Assembly: GCA_964247295.1 (NCBI GenBank)
Contig: CAXTTV010000003.1
Span: 8,681-69,445, forward strand
Reading direction: 5' to 3'
DNA: 60,765 nt
Origin: an uncultured Ktedonobacteraceae bacterium
GTDB lineage: Bacteria > Chloroflexota > Ktedonobacteria > Ktedonobacterales > Ktedonobacteraceae
Position 1 is the stretch's first letter; each line of letters opens with the position of its first letter. Shown here one piece after another: positions 47,535 to 57,973 of the stretch. The position numbers were made by a program, and so were the translations under genes. A model generated the notes under the pieces. The model was not told the DNA's origin, searched no databases, and worked only from the letters and a program-made list of their open reading frames with translations.

Positions 47535-49181
47535 ATGTCGATGACACATGGTGGCTGGTTGGTCGCGAAGATCTTGAAACGCGAGGGGATCGAAGTTGTT
47601 TTTACTCTGAGTGGCGGCCATATTGCCGCGATCTACGATGGGTGCCTTCGCGAGGGAATCCGAGTGATTGACACTCGCCATGAGCAGGCGGCGGTCCATG
47701 CCGCCGAAGGCTGGGCCAAAGTTACCCGTAAGCCAGGAGTGGCCCTGCTAACGGCGGGGCCGGGGGTGACCGATGGGATTACTGGAGTGGCAAACGCCTT
47801 TCTAGCGAACAGCCCTGTGCTGGTAATCGGTGGCGCGGCTCCTCTCAGTTTATGGGATCGTGGGGCGCTGCAAGAGATGAACCAGATCGATCTGCTGCGC
47901 CCGGTCACGAAATGGGCCAGGACGGTTCATGAGACCAGCCGGATCTCTGAGTATACCGCCTCAGCTTTTCGTCAGATGCTGGGTGGGCGTCCAGGGCCAG
48001 CCTTTCTAGAGATGCCGATGGACGTTCTCAATAATTTCGCGGATACAGATACCGCGATCGATCCCGGTGAGCCCTCAATGTATCGTTCGCGGAGCCGACT
48101 CTTTCCGGACGCCGACCAGATCCTACGAGCCGCCGCGCTACTGGAAGGGGCTCAGCGCCCGGTCATCATGGCTGGGACGGCGACCTGGTGGTGTGATGCG
48201 TCAAAGCCCCTGCGTCAACTGGCGGCCCGCCTTCAGGCCCCGGTCTTTCTCAATGGCGCGGCTCGTGGGAGCCTGCCACCGGATGATCCCTATTTTTTCT
48301 CGGCCTCTCGCCGCAAAGCTCTGGAGGACGGCGACCTGATTATCGCGGTTGGAACCAGAATGGACTTTCGTTTGAACCATGGGCAGGCCCCGTTGATTCC
48401 CGAGCGCGCGAAGATGATCTGGTTGGACCTTTCGCCGGAAGATATTGGGCTGAACCGTGGGGTGGACGTTGGGCTGCCTGGAGATGTGGGAGTCAGTTTA
48501 ACGCAACTTGCCGAAGCCATCAAACAGCGGCAGGGTACCGACTGGCTTCGGCAAATCCGCGACCTTGAGATTGCCTCGCAGGCTCGCGACAAGGCGGCCC
48601 TGAATTCTGACTCCACACCAATTCATCCAATGCGCTTCTGCCGCGAGATCCGAGACTTCATCGACGAAAACACCACCGTGATTGGCGATGGGGGAGACAT
48701 CGTGAGCTATGCGGGTCGGGTGATCAATGTCTCCAGGCCTGGCTACTGGCTTGATCCCGGCCCTATGGGTTGTCTGGGGACCGGGACCGGCTTTGCCATA
48801 GCAGCCCAACTGGCTCGCCCGGACGAAAAGGTATTGATTATCCATGGGGATGGTGCGTTTGGCCTCAATGGGATGGAGTTTGAAAGCATGGTGCGGCAGA
48901 ATTTGCCGGTGGTCTCGATCATTGGGAACGACGGAGCTTGGGGGCAGATCAAACACCCGCAGCAGGCAATGATCGGGCATTCGACCGCCGCAGATCTGGC
49001 ACCAGGCATTCGTTACGACAAGATGGTCGAGGCTCTGGGGGGCCATGGTGAACTGGTAGAGCGGCCAGAAGAGATCCGCCCGGCCCTGGAGCGCGCCTTT
49101 GCCTCGGGTAAGCCCGCCTGCGTCAATGTCTTGTTAGATCCCAATAAACCATATAGCCGCTCTACCAACGTCGCCGTCTGA
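47535..49181 (+). CDS. Thiamine-diphosphate-dependent enzyme, oxalyl-CoA decarboxylase / 2-hydroxyacyl-CoA lyase / acetolactate-synthase family
   Basis: RHEQAAVHAAEGWA...GPGVTDG and the ThDP motif GDGAFGLNGMEFE...IGNDGAWG. The LVIGGAAP segment resembles OXC/HACL rather than the ALS TGQV. Confidence 0.8.
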   Translation: MSMTHGGWLVAKILKREGIEVVFTLSGGHIAAIYDGCLREGIRVIDTRHEQAAVHAAEGWAKVTRKPGVALLTAGPGVTDGITGVANAFLANSPVLVIGGAAPLSLWDRGALQEMNQIDLLRPVTKWARTVHETSRISEYTASAFRQMLGGRPGPAFLEMPMDVLNNFADTDTAIDPGEPSMYRSRSRLFPDADQILRAAALLEGAQRPVIMAGTATWWCDASKPLRQLAARLQAPVFLNGAARGSLPPDDPYFFSASRRKALEDGDLIIAVGTRMDFRLNHGQAPLIPERAKMIWLDLSPEDIGLNRGVDVGLPGDVGVSLTQLAEAIKQRQGTDWLRQIRDLEIASQARDKAALNSDSTPIHPMRFCREIRDFIDENTTVIGDGGDIVSYAGRVINVSRPGYWLDPGPMGCLGTGTGFAIAAQLARPDEKVLIIHGDGAFGLNGMEFESMVRQNLPVVSIIGNDGAWGQIKHPQQAMIGHSTAADLAPGIRYDKMVEALGGHGELVERPEEIRPALERAFASGKPACVNVLLDPNKPYSRSTNVAV

Positions 49182-49221
49182 TATCTGTAAGGGCCATCGC
49201 CGGGATACAAAGTGATGGCCT

Positions 49222-49869
49222 TTATCCGGCGTCTTCAGTAAACTCAACTTCTACACGGCTCCCATCCGGCAGATCGCGGATCTGCTGAGCCACCTCCGCC
49301 CGAACCTGCATCCCTTTAACCGCATCCAGTGCTACCAGATTCTCTAAATCAAAGTCTCCACCAAACACAAACAATTGGCGGGGAATCAATCTTTTCTCCG
49401 GGTCCAGCGGCCCTTGCAGGTACTCCCAATCGTTAGCGAACAGGCTCCCAACCTCTACCTGATCATCGTCGAGGATCTTGTAGGCCCACTCATTCAGATC
49501 AGCGGCATGCTCTTCCTGTTCCCCTGTTTCAGGATCGAAGCGCCAGATCTGCCCCTCACGGATCAAAAACTGCTCGCCAAAGATATCTTCAGCGAAACAG
49601 AGCCCATCCATAAGCAGATCGCTGTAGTGATTGCGCCAGAGCTCCTGACTATTCCAGCGTTCCAGATCGTATCCCTGAGTTTGTTTTCCCAGAGGGAAAA
49701 GATGGAGCGCTCTCTCAAAAGCGAAAAAGCCGTTTTTTGTCCGCAGTAACGTCTCCAGAGGATCGGCCAGGTCGCCGGCCACCCTCCTTATCTTTTCAGG
49801 GAGGCGCTCAATAGGATTGCCAAGGGGCTCACTCGCCAGTTGAAGTAAGGCCTCCAAATCTTCTGCCAT
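49222..49869 (-). CDS. Hypothetical acidic protein, possibly SMI1/KNR4 (SUKH-1) family
   Basis: 215 aa. The weak pattern match (WRNHYSD...FAEDIFGEQF) is tentative. Confidence 0.35.
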   Translation of the reverse strand: MAEDLEALLQLASEPLGNPIERLPEKIRRVAGDLADPLETLLRTKNGFFAFERALHLFPLGKQTQGYDLERWNSQELWRNHYSDLLMDGLCFAEDIFGEQFLIREGQIWRFDPETGEQEEHAADLNEWAYKILDDDQVEVGSLFANDWEYLQGPLDPEKRLIPRQLFVFGGDFDLENLVALDAVKGMQVRAEVAQQIRDLPDGSRVEVEFTEDAG

Positions 49870-50273
49870 AACTTTTCCCTTTCTTTACTCTTTTTGTCTT
49901 TCCTATTATCAGCAAACATGTCTAATTCTATGAGATTTTGCAAATGCAGTGGGCACTTTTAGACAGAAGTCCTTTTTACGTTTTTTAGTCATAATCTGTG
50001 CATAATCAGAATATTTTATTGCCTAATAGCTCAAAGAGAGTCATTGTGACAAAATATGAAGATGTGTACGTTTATATACTATAGACGGTCATGTATTCGC
50101 ACGACTGCATATGGAAACTTTGTAACGGCTTTCGGATCTGTCACCACTATTTTTGTAGCTTTGACAGAATAGGATAGGACGTTAATTAGTACTTTTAAGT
50201 TGACAAAATCTTTTATAGTCACGTACACTTGCTTTCGTATCAGAAATTTTATGTATAGAGGGGTAACCGAACG

Positions 50274-53200
50274 GTGCCTTACTGTCAAGATTGCGGAAAA
50301 CCAATCTCCTCCAGCAGTTCCGGGTGCGAATGTTCTTCCAAATACAATACAATCCCATCGGTTGCCTCTCCAACAAATAAATTGGAACAAGTTGAGGCTT
50401 CCTCTGCTGCGAGTGATGCTGCTGATATACAAAACCAATTAAATAGCAGTTTTGCGTTGACTAAAGAGAAGAAGATCGATAGAGTGGAACCTGATTCTTT
50501 TGGCAAGGACAACCATGAGGTTCCCAACATTCCTCTCAGACCGCTTCGCTCGACCGGTTATCCTACTATTTTGAGGCGGCTTCCTCTAAAAACCCTTTTA
50601 CGTGTTGGTCTAGGAGGGGCGATCCTTTTGGCATTTCTTTTGGCTGGCATCCTTAATGCTATAAACTCATTTGGTGATGGCCGTGCCCATTCAAACAATT
50701 CTCAAAGCCCTACTATTTCAGTTTTCCCAACGATTGTCGCTCACGGAGCTCTGGTACGTGTGCGTGGCAACCGGTTTCAGACTGAAACGGCGATCAGTCT
50801 GACGCTTGATAATAACATGCCTCTAATGGACACCGCCAGAACGGCTCTGATCCATTCTGATTATCAGGGAAATTTCAGCGATACGTTTGTGGTTCAGCCG
50901 GATTGGGTTGACGGTCCCCATACCGTGCATGCTGAGGACGCGGTTCTGCATAAGATTGCTAGCTATTCGATTACCGTGACTGGTCATGGTAGAGCGCAGC
51001 GTCCCGCGCACCTTCAGGTTTCCACCAATACATTGGATATGGGGGCGGGCGATCCCACAACCAGTAAGACGCAGGTACTTGTGCTCTCGAATATCGGTGG
51101 GGGGCAGATCAATTGGCAGACGGCGGTTACTCAATCCTGGCTTCAGGTTGGTCCGCAGCAGGGGACGTTTTTCAGCGGCCAGAATGTTCAAGTGGCGATC
51201 GCGGTCAGCCGGGCGCAACTGGCTCCCGGCACGTATGAGGGTCAGATTGTCTTTTTGTCTGATGCCGGTGAAGTCTCGGTAACTATAAAAATGAGTGTGA
51301 CCCCGCTGCTGGTAGTCGCGGCCACCACCCACCAGGCCACGCTTCAGATTGATCCACCGATACTTACATTTGTGGGTAAAGACGGCAGTGGAGATCCCGC
51401 TACTCAAAGATTGACGCTTACGAATCCGGGGCAGGCCGCGCTTCGCTGGCAGGCTCAGACTAATACAAGTGATGGACAGAACTGGCTTCAAATCTCACAA
51501 AATAATAATACGCTTGAGTCAGGAGGGGTTCAGGCCCTGATGGTGATGGTTGATACCAGTCGACTACTGCCGGGCACCTATACTGGCCGTGTTCACATCC
51601 TGGCTCAGGGCGATCAACCGGTCTTGAATGGTGATCAGAGCGTGTATGTGAGCCTGACGATTCAGCCGCAGTGCATGTTGAACGTGACTCCTGGAACCCT
51701 GTCATTTATGGGAGCCTATCAGCATGCCAATCCGCCTGAGCAAACGTTTGAGGTTACTACTGATGCCTCCTGTACTGGCAGTCAGAACTGGACGGCGGAG
51801 ACCAGCACTCAAGATGGTCATCCATGGCTTCGCATTTCAACTGGTCTGGGAGTAACCCCTTCCAGGTTACGTGTTTCGGCCTCAACCTCTGGAATGGGTC
51901 AGGGCATATATAATGGTCAGATCACGCTGCATACCGACGCGAATACCTTGATCCTGCCAGTCTCATTGCAGGTTGCACCACCGAATGTGCCGATTCTTCA
52001 AAGCAACAGTAATGCTATGAACTTTAATGCCATATTGGGCTCGGGAGCGTCACAGATACCAGGGTCAGTTGTCTTGAGCAATTCGGGCACCGCCCAATTA
52101 AATTGGCAGGCTGCGGCGATTACCAGTAGCGGTGGAGATTGGCTGCATCTTAGCAATCAGGATGGGCAGCTTACCCCTGGTCAATCAAAGGAGATTGCGA
52201 TCTCCGCCCAAACGCTGCCTGAGATGGTTCCAGGCGACTATAACGGACAGATCGCATTTAGCGCTACGGACTCGTCAGGTAAGCCTCTGGCAACGGTTCC
52301 GCCGCCGATCTCAATCTCGTTCTCAGTCCAGCTTCCCTGTGGTTTCTCTGTCTCTCCAAAACATCTGAGTTTTACCGACATCATTGGCGGTCCTAATCCG
52401 TCCAATCAGATGGTTGTGCTGGCAACCAGTGGTAACTGTACGCAACCGCTGAATTGGAGTACTATGGGTAATCCAGACTGGTTGATTGTAACACCAGATC
52501 ATGGCACGCTCACTCCTGGTGAACCTTTGAATGTGCGGATCGGGATCTCCGCCGCTGGTCTGAGTGACCCAAGCTATGTGGGACAGATGGTCTTTAAAGC
52601 TACCGATAGTGGCACAGGGAGACCGATTGGTCGTCCACAACCCTTAACGGTGGATCTGACGGTCCAGCCACAATGTACTTTACAGTCGCCTTCTTCTCTT
52701 CATTCCTTTGAGGCGACGCAGGGTACGAACCCGGCAAACCAGACGTTTAGCATTGGGCTCTCAGGTACCTGCTCGGGCCAGGTGACGCTTACAACAAAAC
52801 CGTTGTTGCCAGCTAATCAACGGTGGCTGACAATTACCCCTTCGGGTCAGGTAACATCTGATGGGAGTACCATCTTTATCGTCTCGATCTCTTCCGCCAG
52901 TTTGCCAGCCGGAACCTATGACGGGCAGATCCAGGTGAATGCGAATGCTGTGGATGGTCATACGCTTGCTGGTAGCCCTCAAGTATTGCAGGTTGGGTTA
53001 AAGGTTAACGCGGCTCACAGTATTCCACCGACGCCAGTTCCTCCGACAGTGGTTCCACCGACGCCAGTTCCGCCGACAGCGGTGCCACCGACGCCAGTGC
53101 CACCGACGCCAGTGCCACCGACAGTGGTTCCACCGACAGTGGTTCCACCGACACCAGTGCCTACCCCAACGCATGGGCCACAGGTGAATTCATCACAAAA

Positions 53201-53369
53201 AAAGGGGGCGCAAGCCGATATGACGCCTGTGCCCACCCCAACTGAGCCGATACAAGTGATCCCGACTCCCCACCCAACTCCGACTTCAACACCTGCGGCA
53301 AAACCAACAAAACCTACAACATTTATAATGGCTAATGCTTTAACGAACGAAGGACTTCACGAGATCTAA
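50274..53369 (+). CDS. Large membrane protein: N-terminal zinc ribbon, TM helix, about seven extracellular BACON/Ig-like repeats, C-terminal Pro-rich repeat
   Basis: GTG start with GAGGGG RBS. CQDCGKPISSSSSGCEC. TM LLRVGLGGAILLAFLLAGIL. Repeats carry ...L.L.N.G...L.W...WL.I. motifs. The (PPTPV) tract is at the C-terminus. The 3' end overlaps convergent nfo by 30 nt. Confidence 0.65.
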   Translation: MPYCQDCGKPISSSSSGCECSSKYNTIPSVASPTNKLEQVEASSAASDAADIQNQLNSSFALTKEKKIDRVEPDSFGKDNHEVPNIPLRPLRSTGYPTILRRLPLKTLLRVGLGGAILLAFLLAGILNAINSFGDGRAHSNNSQSPTISVFPTIVAHGALVRVRGNRFQTETAISLTLDNNMPLMDTARTALIHSDYQGNFSDTFVVQPDWVDGPHTVHAEDAVLHKIASYSITVTGHGRAQRPAHLQVSTNTLDMGAGDPTTSKTQVLVLSNIGGGQINWQTAVTQSWLQVGPQQGTFFSGQNVQVAIAVSRAQLAPGTYEGQIVFLSDAGEVSVTIKMSVTPLLVVAATTHQATLQIDPPILTFVGKDGSGDPATQRLTLTNPGQAALRWQAQTNTSDGQNWLQISQNNNTLESGGVQALMVMVDTSRLLPGTYTGRVHILAQGDQPVLNGDQSVYVSLTIQPQCMLNVTPGTLSFMGAYQHANPPEQTFEVTTDASCTGSQNWTAETSTQDGHPWLRISTGLGVTPSRLRVSASTSGMGQGIYNGQITLHTDANTLILPVSLQVAPPNVPILQSNSNAMNFNAILGSGASQIPGSVVLSNSGTAQLNWQAAAITSSGGDWLHLSNQDGQLTPGQSKEIAISAQTLPEMVPGDYNGQIAFSATDSSGKPLATVPPPISISFSVQLPCGFSVSPKHLSFTDIIGGPNPSNQMVVLATSGNCTQPLNWSTMGNPDWLIVTPDHGTLTPGEPLNVRIGISAAGLSDPSYVGQMVFKATDSGTGRPIGRPQPLTVDLTVQPQCTLQSPSSLHSFEATQGTNPANQTFSIGLSGTCSGQVTLTTKPLLPANQRWLTITPSGQVTSDGSTIFIVSISSASLPAGTYDGQIQVNANAVDGHTLAGSPQVLQVGLKVNAAHSIPPTPVPPTVVPPTPVPPTAVPPTPVPPTPVPPTVVPPTVVPPTPVPTPTHGPQVNSSQKKGAQADMTPVPTPTEPIQVIPTPHPTPTSTPAAKPTKPTTFIMANALTNEGLHEI
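53022..53170 (+). repeat. Tandem repeats (15-bp ccaccgac-rcc-agtk unit, about 8 copies) encoding (PPT[P/V/A]V)n within the 50274 gene
   Basis: Read directly: ccaccgacgccagttcct ccgacagtggtt ccaccgacgccagttccg ... Confidence 0.8.
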
Positions 53370-54203
53370 TTGTAGTTTGTCCTGGTCCCAGTCCTCTTTT
53401 TTATTATCCGTCTGCTTGATTGGAGTTTCCATCAGGACGGAGACATGCTGCATGCGGGGATCATTCAGGAGTGTGCGCAGACCGGCGGTCCCGATCATTC
53501 CCTCGCCCCAGCGAGCGTGAACATCCTTTTGACTGCCCAACGCTTTCGCGGAGTCATTGAGGTGCAACACCTGTAAGCGATCCAATCCAATGATCTCATC
53601 AAAGGAGTTCAGCATTTCCAGTGTCCCCCCAGGTGTGGAGATATCAAAACCTGCTCCCCAGAGATGGGCGGTGTCCAGACAGACTCCCAGCCCTTTCGCG
53701 TAAGCTATACCAGTGTCCAGTACCTGCCGAATCTCTTCAAATCGTCCTCCGAGCAGGTTTCCGTTTCCAACACTGTTCTCCAACAGCAACATCACCTCAG
53801 GCGGCGTTTGAGAGAGAACTACTGCGAGCGAGTCCCCAAAGCGCTTCACGCCCTCGTCCAGTCCTTCGCCCTTATGGCTTCCCATATGCACGACCACGTG
53901 CTTTGCGCCTAGCAGAGCCCCGCGTTTTAGCGTCCACTCCAGAAGCGTGCGCGATCTCGACATATTCGCCTCATTCGAGGAAGCCAGATTAATGAGATAG
54001 GGTGCATGCAGCACCACAGGATCGAGATTCAGTCTGGCCGCCGCCTGAGCAAAGGTCTGGCAGCCCTCGGCATCGTCATTGGGGGACTGCCAGGCAGTAG
54101 GGTTACTGGCAAAAATCTGAATCGCGTTACAGCCTATCTCATGAGCTATTTCTGCCGCCTGAACCCGTCGCGAGTTTGTGGGCATATGCCGACCGATACG
54201 CAT
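53340..54203 (-). CDS. nfo: Endonuclease IV (AP endonuclease family 2)
   Basis: TIM-barrel AP endonuclease 2 motifs (VHAPYLINLAS, HMGSH, LLENSVG, LDTAHL, LHLNDS). Confidence 0.85.
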   Translation of the reverse strand: MRIGRHMPTNSRRVQAAEIAHEIGCNAIQIFASNPTAWQSPNDDAEGCQTFAQAAARLNLDPVVLHAPYLINLASSNEANMSRSRTLLEWTLKRGALLGAKHVVVHMGSHKGEGLDEGVKRFGDSLAVVLSQTPPEVMLLLENSVGNGNLLGGRFEEIRQVLDTGIAYAKGLGVCLDTAHLWGAGFDISTPGGTLEMLNSFDEIIGLDRLQVLHLNDSAKALGSQKDVHARWGEGMIGTAGLRTLLNDPRMQHVSVLMETPIKQTDNKKEDWDQDKLQLDLVKSFVR

Positions 54204-54233
54204 AGTTTATTCCTTCCATCCTTATGAGGATCT

Positions 54234-54845
54234 TCAAACTTCCGCGAATGGGTCTTCTTCAGCCTCTTCCAGAGTTTGAAGTTCCTGAGGATCTATTCTG
54301 GGTAGTTGATCCAGGCTGGTTAAGCCGAACTGTTGAAGAAATTCCGGAGTAGTCGCGAATAAGGCTGGGCGACCAACGGTCTGAGCCCGTCCAATCTCTG
54401 TTACCAACCCATGCTGCAGTAAACTTGCCAGCGCACGATCGCTATTGACGCCCCTGACAGCCTCAATCTGTGCTCTAGTTAGTGGCTGACGATAGGAAAC
54501 TACCGCCAGTGTCTCCATGGCGGCTGTGGTCAGGCGTGCGCTCATTGGGAGGCCGAGCAGGGCCGCGACATACGGCGCATTTTCTGGGGCCGTTACTATC
54601 TGAACCTGCTGACCAATCTGCTGCACACGGATACCACGCTTCTGCCCTTCTAGCGTCTCCTGCAAAGCTTTGATGGCCTCTTCCAATGAGCCATCATCTA
54701 CATTCAACAATTTTCGCATCTCACTATATTCAAGAGCGCGCCCGGAAACAAACAATAAACTTTCCAGCGCTCCAGCCAATTGCCTGATCTGTTGCTCTCT
54801 TTCGGTAAGATGCTCTTTTTCATACCATGGAACTGTCTCTTGCAT
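54234..54845 (-). CDS. scpB: Segregation and condensation protein B
   Basis: LESLLFVSGRALEYSEM and a second winged-helix repeat. The start is chosen at ATG 54845 (MQETVPWYEK) with an AAGGAAG RBS, not the track start 54884. Confidence 0.8.
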   Translation of the reverse strand: MQETVPWYEKEHLTEREQQIRQLAGALESLLFVSGRALEYSEMRKLLNVDDGSLEEAIKALQETLEGQKRGIRVQQIGQQVQIVTAPENAPYVAALLGLPMSARLTTAAMETLAVVSYRQPLTRAQIEAVRGVNSDRALASLLQHGLVTEIGRAQTVGRPALFATTPEFLQQFGLTSLDQLPRIDPQELQTLEEAEEDPFAEV

Positions 54846-54964
54846 AGTCTTCCTTTTCATGATGACGGATGCCAGGAGTCCCATGGTTCGTAAATCGGGT
54901 CACGTGTGGACCCGCAGGAAGGGGACTCATCAACCTTTGTCGGAAGCGAAAACATCGAAGGATG

Positions 54965-55043
54965 CGTAGACCCACCCACGTGTGTGGCAGTGGTGAGGGG
55001 ATCAATTCCTGTTGCCACGGGTCCACGCGTGGGCGGGTCTACG
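54965..55043. promoter_or_regulatory. Long imperfect inverted repeat (20-nt arms, 2 mismatches) in the scpB/clpB divergent intergenic region
   Basis: CGTAGACCCACCCACGTGTG ...39 nt... CACGCGTGGGCGGGTCTACG. Confidence 0.4.
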
Positions 55044-55355
55044 AAACCTCACCTCCTTCGGTTTGTCTCTGGTTCATTTGAAATTTTCCAACAGGGTCGC
55101 CTGCTTGCTCTCCAGAAGTATGAGAGGCTTCGGTTCCCTTTTCCCATACGGAAAGTTCTGACACATCTGGCGATTTTTACTACCCTTAATTGCAAAGGAT
55201 TATAGCATGGCGTTTCTATGTTGTCATTTATGGTCAATTTAAAAAGTTTGATAGTAATGGGCTCAATCTTTCTTGCAATCTAAGGCTCAAAATGATATAC
55301 TTTGGTATCATTAAGGCTAAGCAGTTTTCGGAAATGGTAAGGGAGGGATTTTTAT

Positions 55356-57959
55356 ATGAATATTGATCGCTTCACTGAAAAGGCACGCCTTGCACTGAAT
55401 GACGCTATTGATCTGGCGAAGCAGCGCCAGCATGGATCTATCGAGGTTGAGCATCTGCTTGCAGCCCTCTTAAAGCAAGAAGACGGGGTTGTTCAACAAG
55501 TTATTGGGAAAACCGATGGCAATCTTCTGATCGCGCAGCAGATTGTCGAGGATGGTTTAAAGAGTCTCCCCCGTATATATGGCGGTAGCGATCCCAATCT
55601 TTCGCCGCGTATGCGTGATCTGATTGAGAACGCCTGGCGTGAGATGGAGAACTTTCAGGATGAGTATCTGAGCGTTGAACATCTCCTCCTGGCCGTTTTC
55701 TCAAGCGGCAATAGCGAGGCTTTACGAGCCCTTGAGGCAGCGGGGCTTTCTCGAAGCGTCGTTCTGACCGCCCTGACTTTAATCCGAGGAGCGCAGCGCG
55801 TTACTGATCCCAACCCTGAGAACAAGTATCAGGCTCTAGAGCGTTACGGACGCGATCTTACGAAGCTAGCTGAGCAGGGAAAACTTGATCCCGTGATTGG
55901 TCGAGACGAGGAGGTTCGTCGGGTGATCCAGGTGTTGAGCCGACGCACAAAAAATAATCCTGTGTTGATTGGAGAGCCTGGGGTTGGTAAGACCGCCATT
56001 GTCGAGGGGCTGGCCCAGAGGATTGTGCGGGGCGACGTGCCTAAATCGCTGACAGATAAAATCGTTGTGACGCTGGATTTAGGGGCGCTGGTCGCCGGCG
56101 CAAAGTTCCGGGGTGAATTTGAGGAGCGCTTGAAAGCCGTACTCAAAGAGGTTACCAGTTCCGAGGGTGGAGTAATCCTCTTTGTTGACGAGCTGCATAC
56201 CCTTGTTGGAGCTGGAGCCGCCGATGGCGCGATGGACGCCTCCAATATGCTGAAGCCGATGCTGGCGAGGGGCGAACTGCACTGTATTGGGGCTACCACC
56301 CTTAATGAGTATCGCCAGTATATCGAGAAGGATGCTGCATTAGAGCGCCGCTTCCAGCCCGTCCTGGTGGATCAACCCTCGGTTGAAGATACAATCAGCA
56401 TTCTGCGCGGCCTCAAGCAGCGATACGAGATCCATCATGGGGTCCGTATTCAAGACAGCGCTCTGGTCGCCGCTGCCTTGCTTTCCAGTCGTTATATTCC
56501 TGATCGCTTCCTGCCGGATAAAGCGATTGATCTGATTGACGAGGCCGCCAGTCATCGCAGAGTCGAGCTGGATAGCACTCCCAGTGAGGTAGATAGCCTG
56601 GATCGTCGGGTGCGTCAGCTTCAGGTTGAGGATGAAGCCTTAAAGAAAGAGACTGACGCTGCCAGCAAGAATCGTCGTGCGAAAGTTCAGCAGGAGATCG
56701 CCAATCTTCAGGAGTATCTCCATACCCTTAAACTAACTTTGGCCAGCGAGCGAGAGCCGGTTGAAGCGATTCGCCGTTTGAAAACAGATCTGGAGCAGGC
56801 TCAGGTAGATCTGGAGCGCGCCGAACGCGAGTATCGGCTGGAGGATATGGCCCGGCTGCGCTATGGCAGTATCCCTGAACTTGAGCAGCACATCTCTGAG
56901 ATGGAGGCGCGCCTCTCTAATCTGAAAAGCGCCCGGATGCTCAAAGAAGAGGTGGATGCTGAAGACGTGGCCGAGATTGTCTCCCGTTGGACACATGTCC
57001 CGGTCTCCAAACTGATGGAGGCTGAGGTTCAAAAGTTGTTGACAATGGAGGATCGCCTGCATGAGCGCGTTGTCGGTCAAGAGCAGGCCATTGTCACGGT
57101 CTCGGATGCCATCCGCCGATCCCGTGCTGGCCTGCAAGATCCTAATCGACCGCTTGCCAGCTTTCTGTTTCTCGGGCCTACTGGTGTCGGTAAAACCGAG
57201 CTTGCTCGTGCTCTTGCCGGCTTCCTTTTCGATAACGAACAGGCCCTCATCAGAATTGACATGTCGGAGTACATGGAGAAGCACAGCGTCTCCCGGCTGA
57301 TCGGGGCTCCTCCCGGCTATGTGGGGTATGAAGAGGGGGGACAGCTCACTGAAGCGGTCCGGCGGCATCCCTATAGCGTTGTGTTGTTTGATGAGATTGA
57401 GAAAGCTGCGCCTGAGATCTTCAACGCGCTGCTTCAATTGCTGGATGATGGTCGTTTGACCGATGGTCAGGGGCGGACCGTAGATTTCAAAAACACCGTG
57501 ATTATCATGACCAGCAACGTTGGTTATCAATGGTTGTCCGAGTATCACGGGATGCCAGAGGATGATATTCAGCGAACGGTTCGTCAAAGACTGCGCGAAG
57601 AGGGCTTCCGACCGGAATTTATCAACCGGATCGACGAAGTCATTGTCTTCCATCAGCTTTCGCGTGAGCAGATCAAAGATATAGTGGATATTCAGATTCA
57701 GCGGCTTCAGCCGCGTCTGGCTGAGCGTCACATTGAGATCCACCTGACCGAGGAGGCACGTGATCTTCTGGCCTCAGAGGGTTATGATCCTCAGTTTGGA
57801 GCGCGTCCGTTAAAACGCGTAATTCAGAAATCTGTTGAGAATAGTATCGCCCGAGCGCTGCTAAATGGTACAATCAAAGATGGAGAGACTATTGAGATTA
57901 GCGTCCGTGACGGCAAAATCAACGTGACCACAACTGGGGTTCCGGTCAGCCCGATATAG
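55356..57959 (+). CDS. clpB: ATP-dependent chaperone ClpB
   Basis: 867 aa. Clp N domain, two AAA+ modules ([16 protein letters not shown]) and the coiled-coil M-domain. Confidence 0.95.
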   Translation: MNIDRFTEKARLALNDAIDLAKQRQHGSIEVEHLLAALLKQEDGVVQQVIGKTDGNLLIAQQIVEDGLKSLPRIYGGSDPNLSPRMRDLIENAWREMENFQDEYLSVEHLLLAVFSSGNSEALRALEAAGLSRSVVLTALTLIRGAQRVTDPNPENKYQALERYGRDLTKLAEQGKLDPVIGRDEEVRRVIQVLSRRTKNNPVLIGEPGVGKTAIVEGLAQRIVRGDVPKSLTDKIVVTLDLGALVAGAKFRGEFEERLKAVLKEVTSSEGGVILFVDELHTLVGAGAADGAMDASNMLKPMLARGELHCIGATTLNEYRQYIEKDAALERRFQPVLVDQPSVEDTISILRGLKQRYEIHHGVRIQDSALVAAALLSSRYIPDRFLPDKAIDLIDEAASHRRVELDSTPSEVDSLDRRVRQLQVEDEALKKETDAASKNRRAKVQQEIANLQEYLHTLKLTLASEREPVEAIRRLKTDLEQAQVDLERAEREYRLEDMARLRYGSIPELEQHISEMEARLSNLKSARMLKEEVDAEDVAEIVSRWTHVPVSKLMEAEVQKLLTMEDRLHERVVGQEQAIVTVSDAIRRSRAGLQDPNRPLASFLFLGPTGVGKTELARALAGFLFDNEQALIRIDMSEYMEKHSVSRLIGAPPGYVGYEEGGQLTEAVRRHPYSVVLFDEIEKAAPEIFNALLQLLDDGRLTDGQGRTVDFKNTVIIMTSNVGYQWLSEYHGMPEDDIQRTVRQRLREEGFRPEFINRIDEVIVFHQLSREQIKDIVDIQIQRLQPRLAERHIEIHLTEEARDLLASEGYDPQFGARPLKRVIQKSVENSIARALLNGTIKDGETIEISVRDGKINVTTTGVPVSPI

Positions 57960-57973
57960 AAACGAGGAAGGCG

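Noticed and set aside
50823-51491. 222-aa minus-strand ORF
   Set aside because: Antisense to the large BACON-repeat gene. Arg-rich shadow-frame composition.
56733-57743. 336-aa minus-strand ORF
   Set aside because: Antisense to the unambiguous clpB gene.
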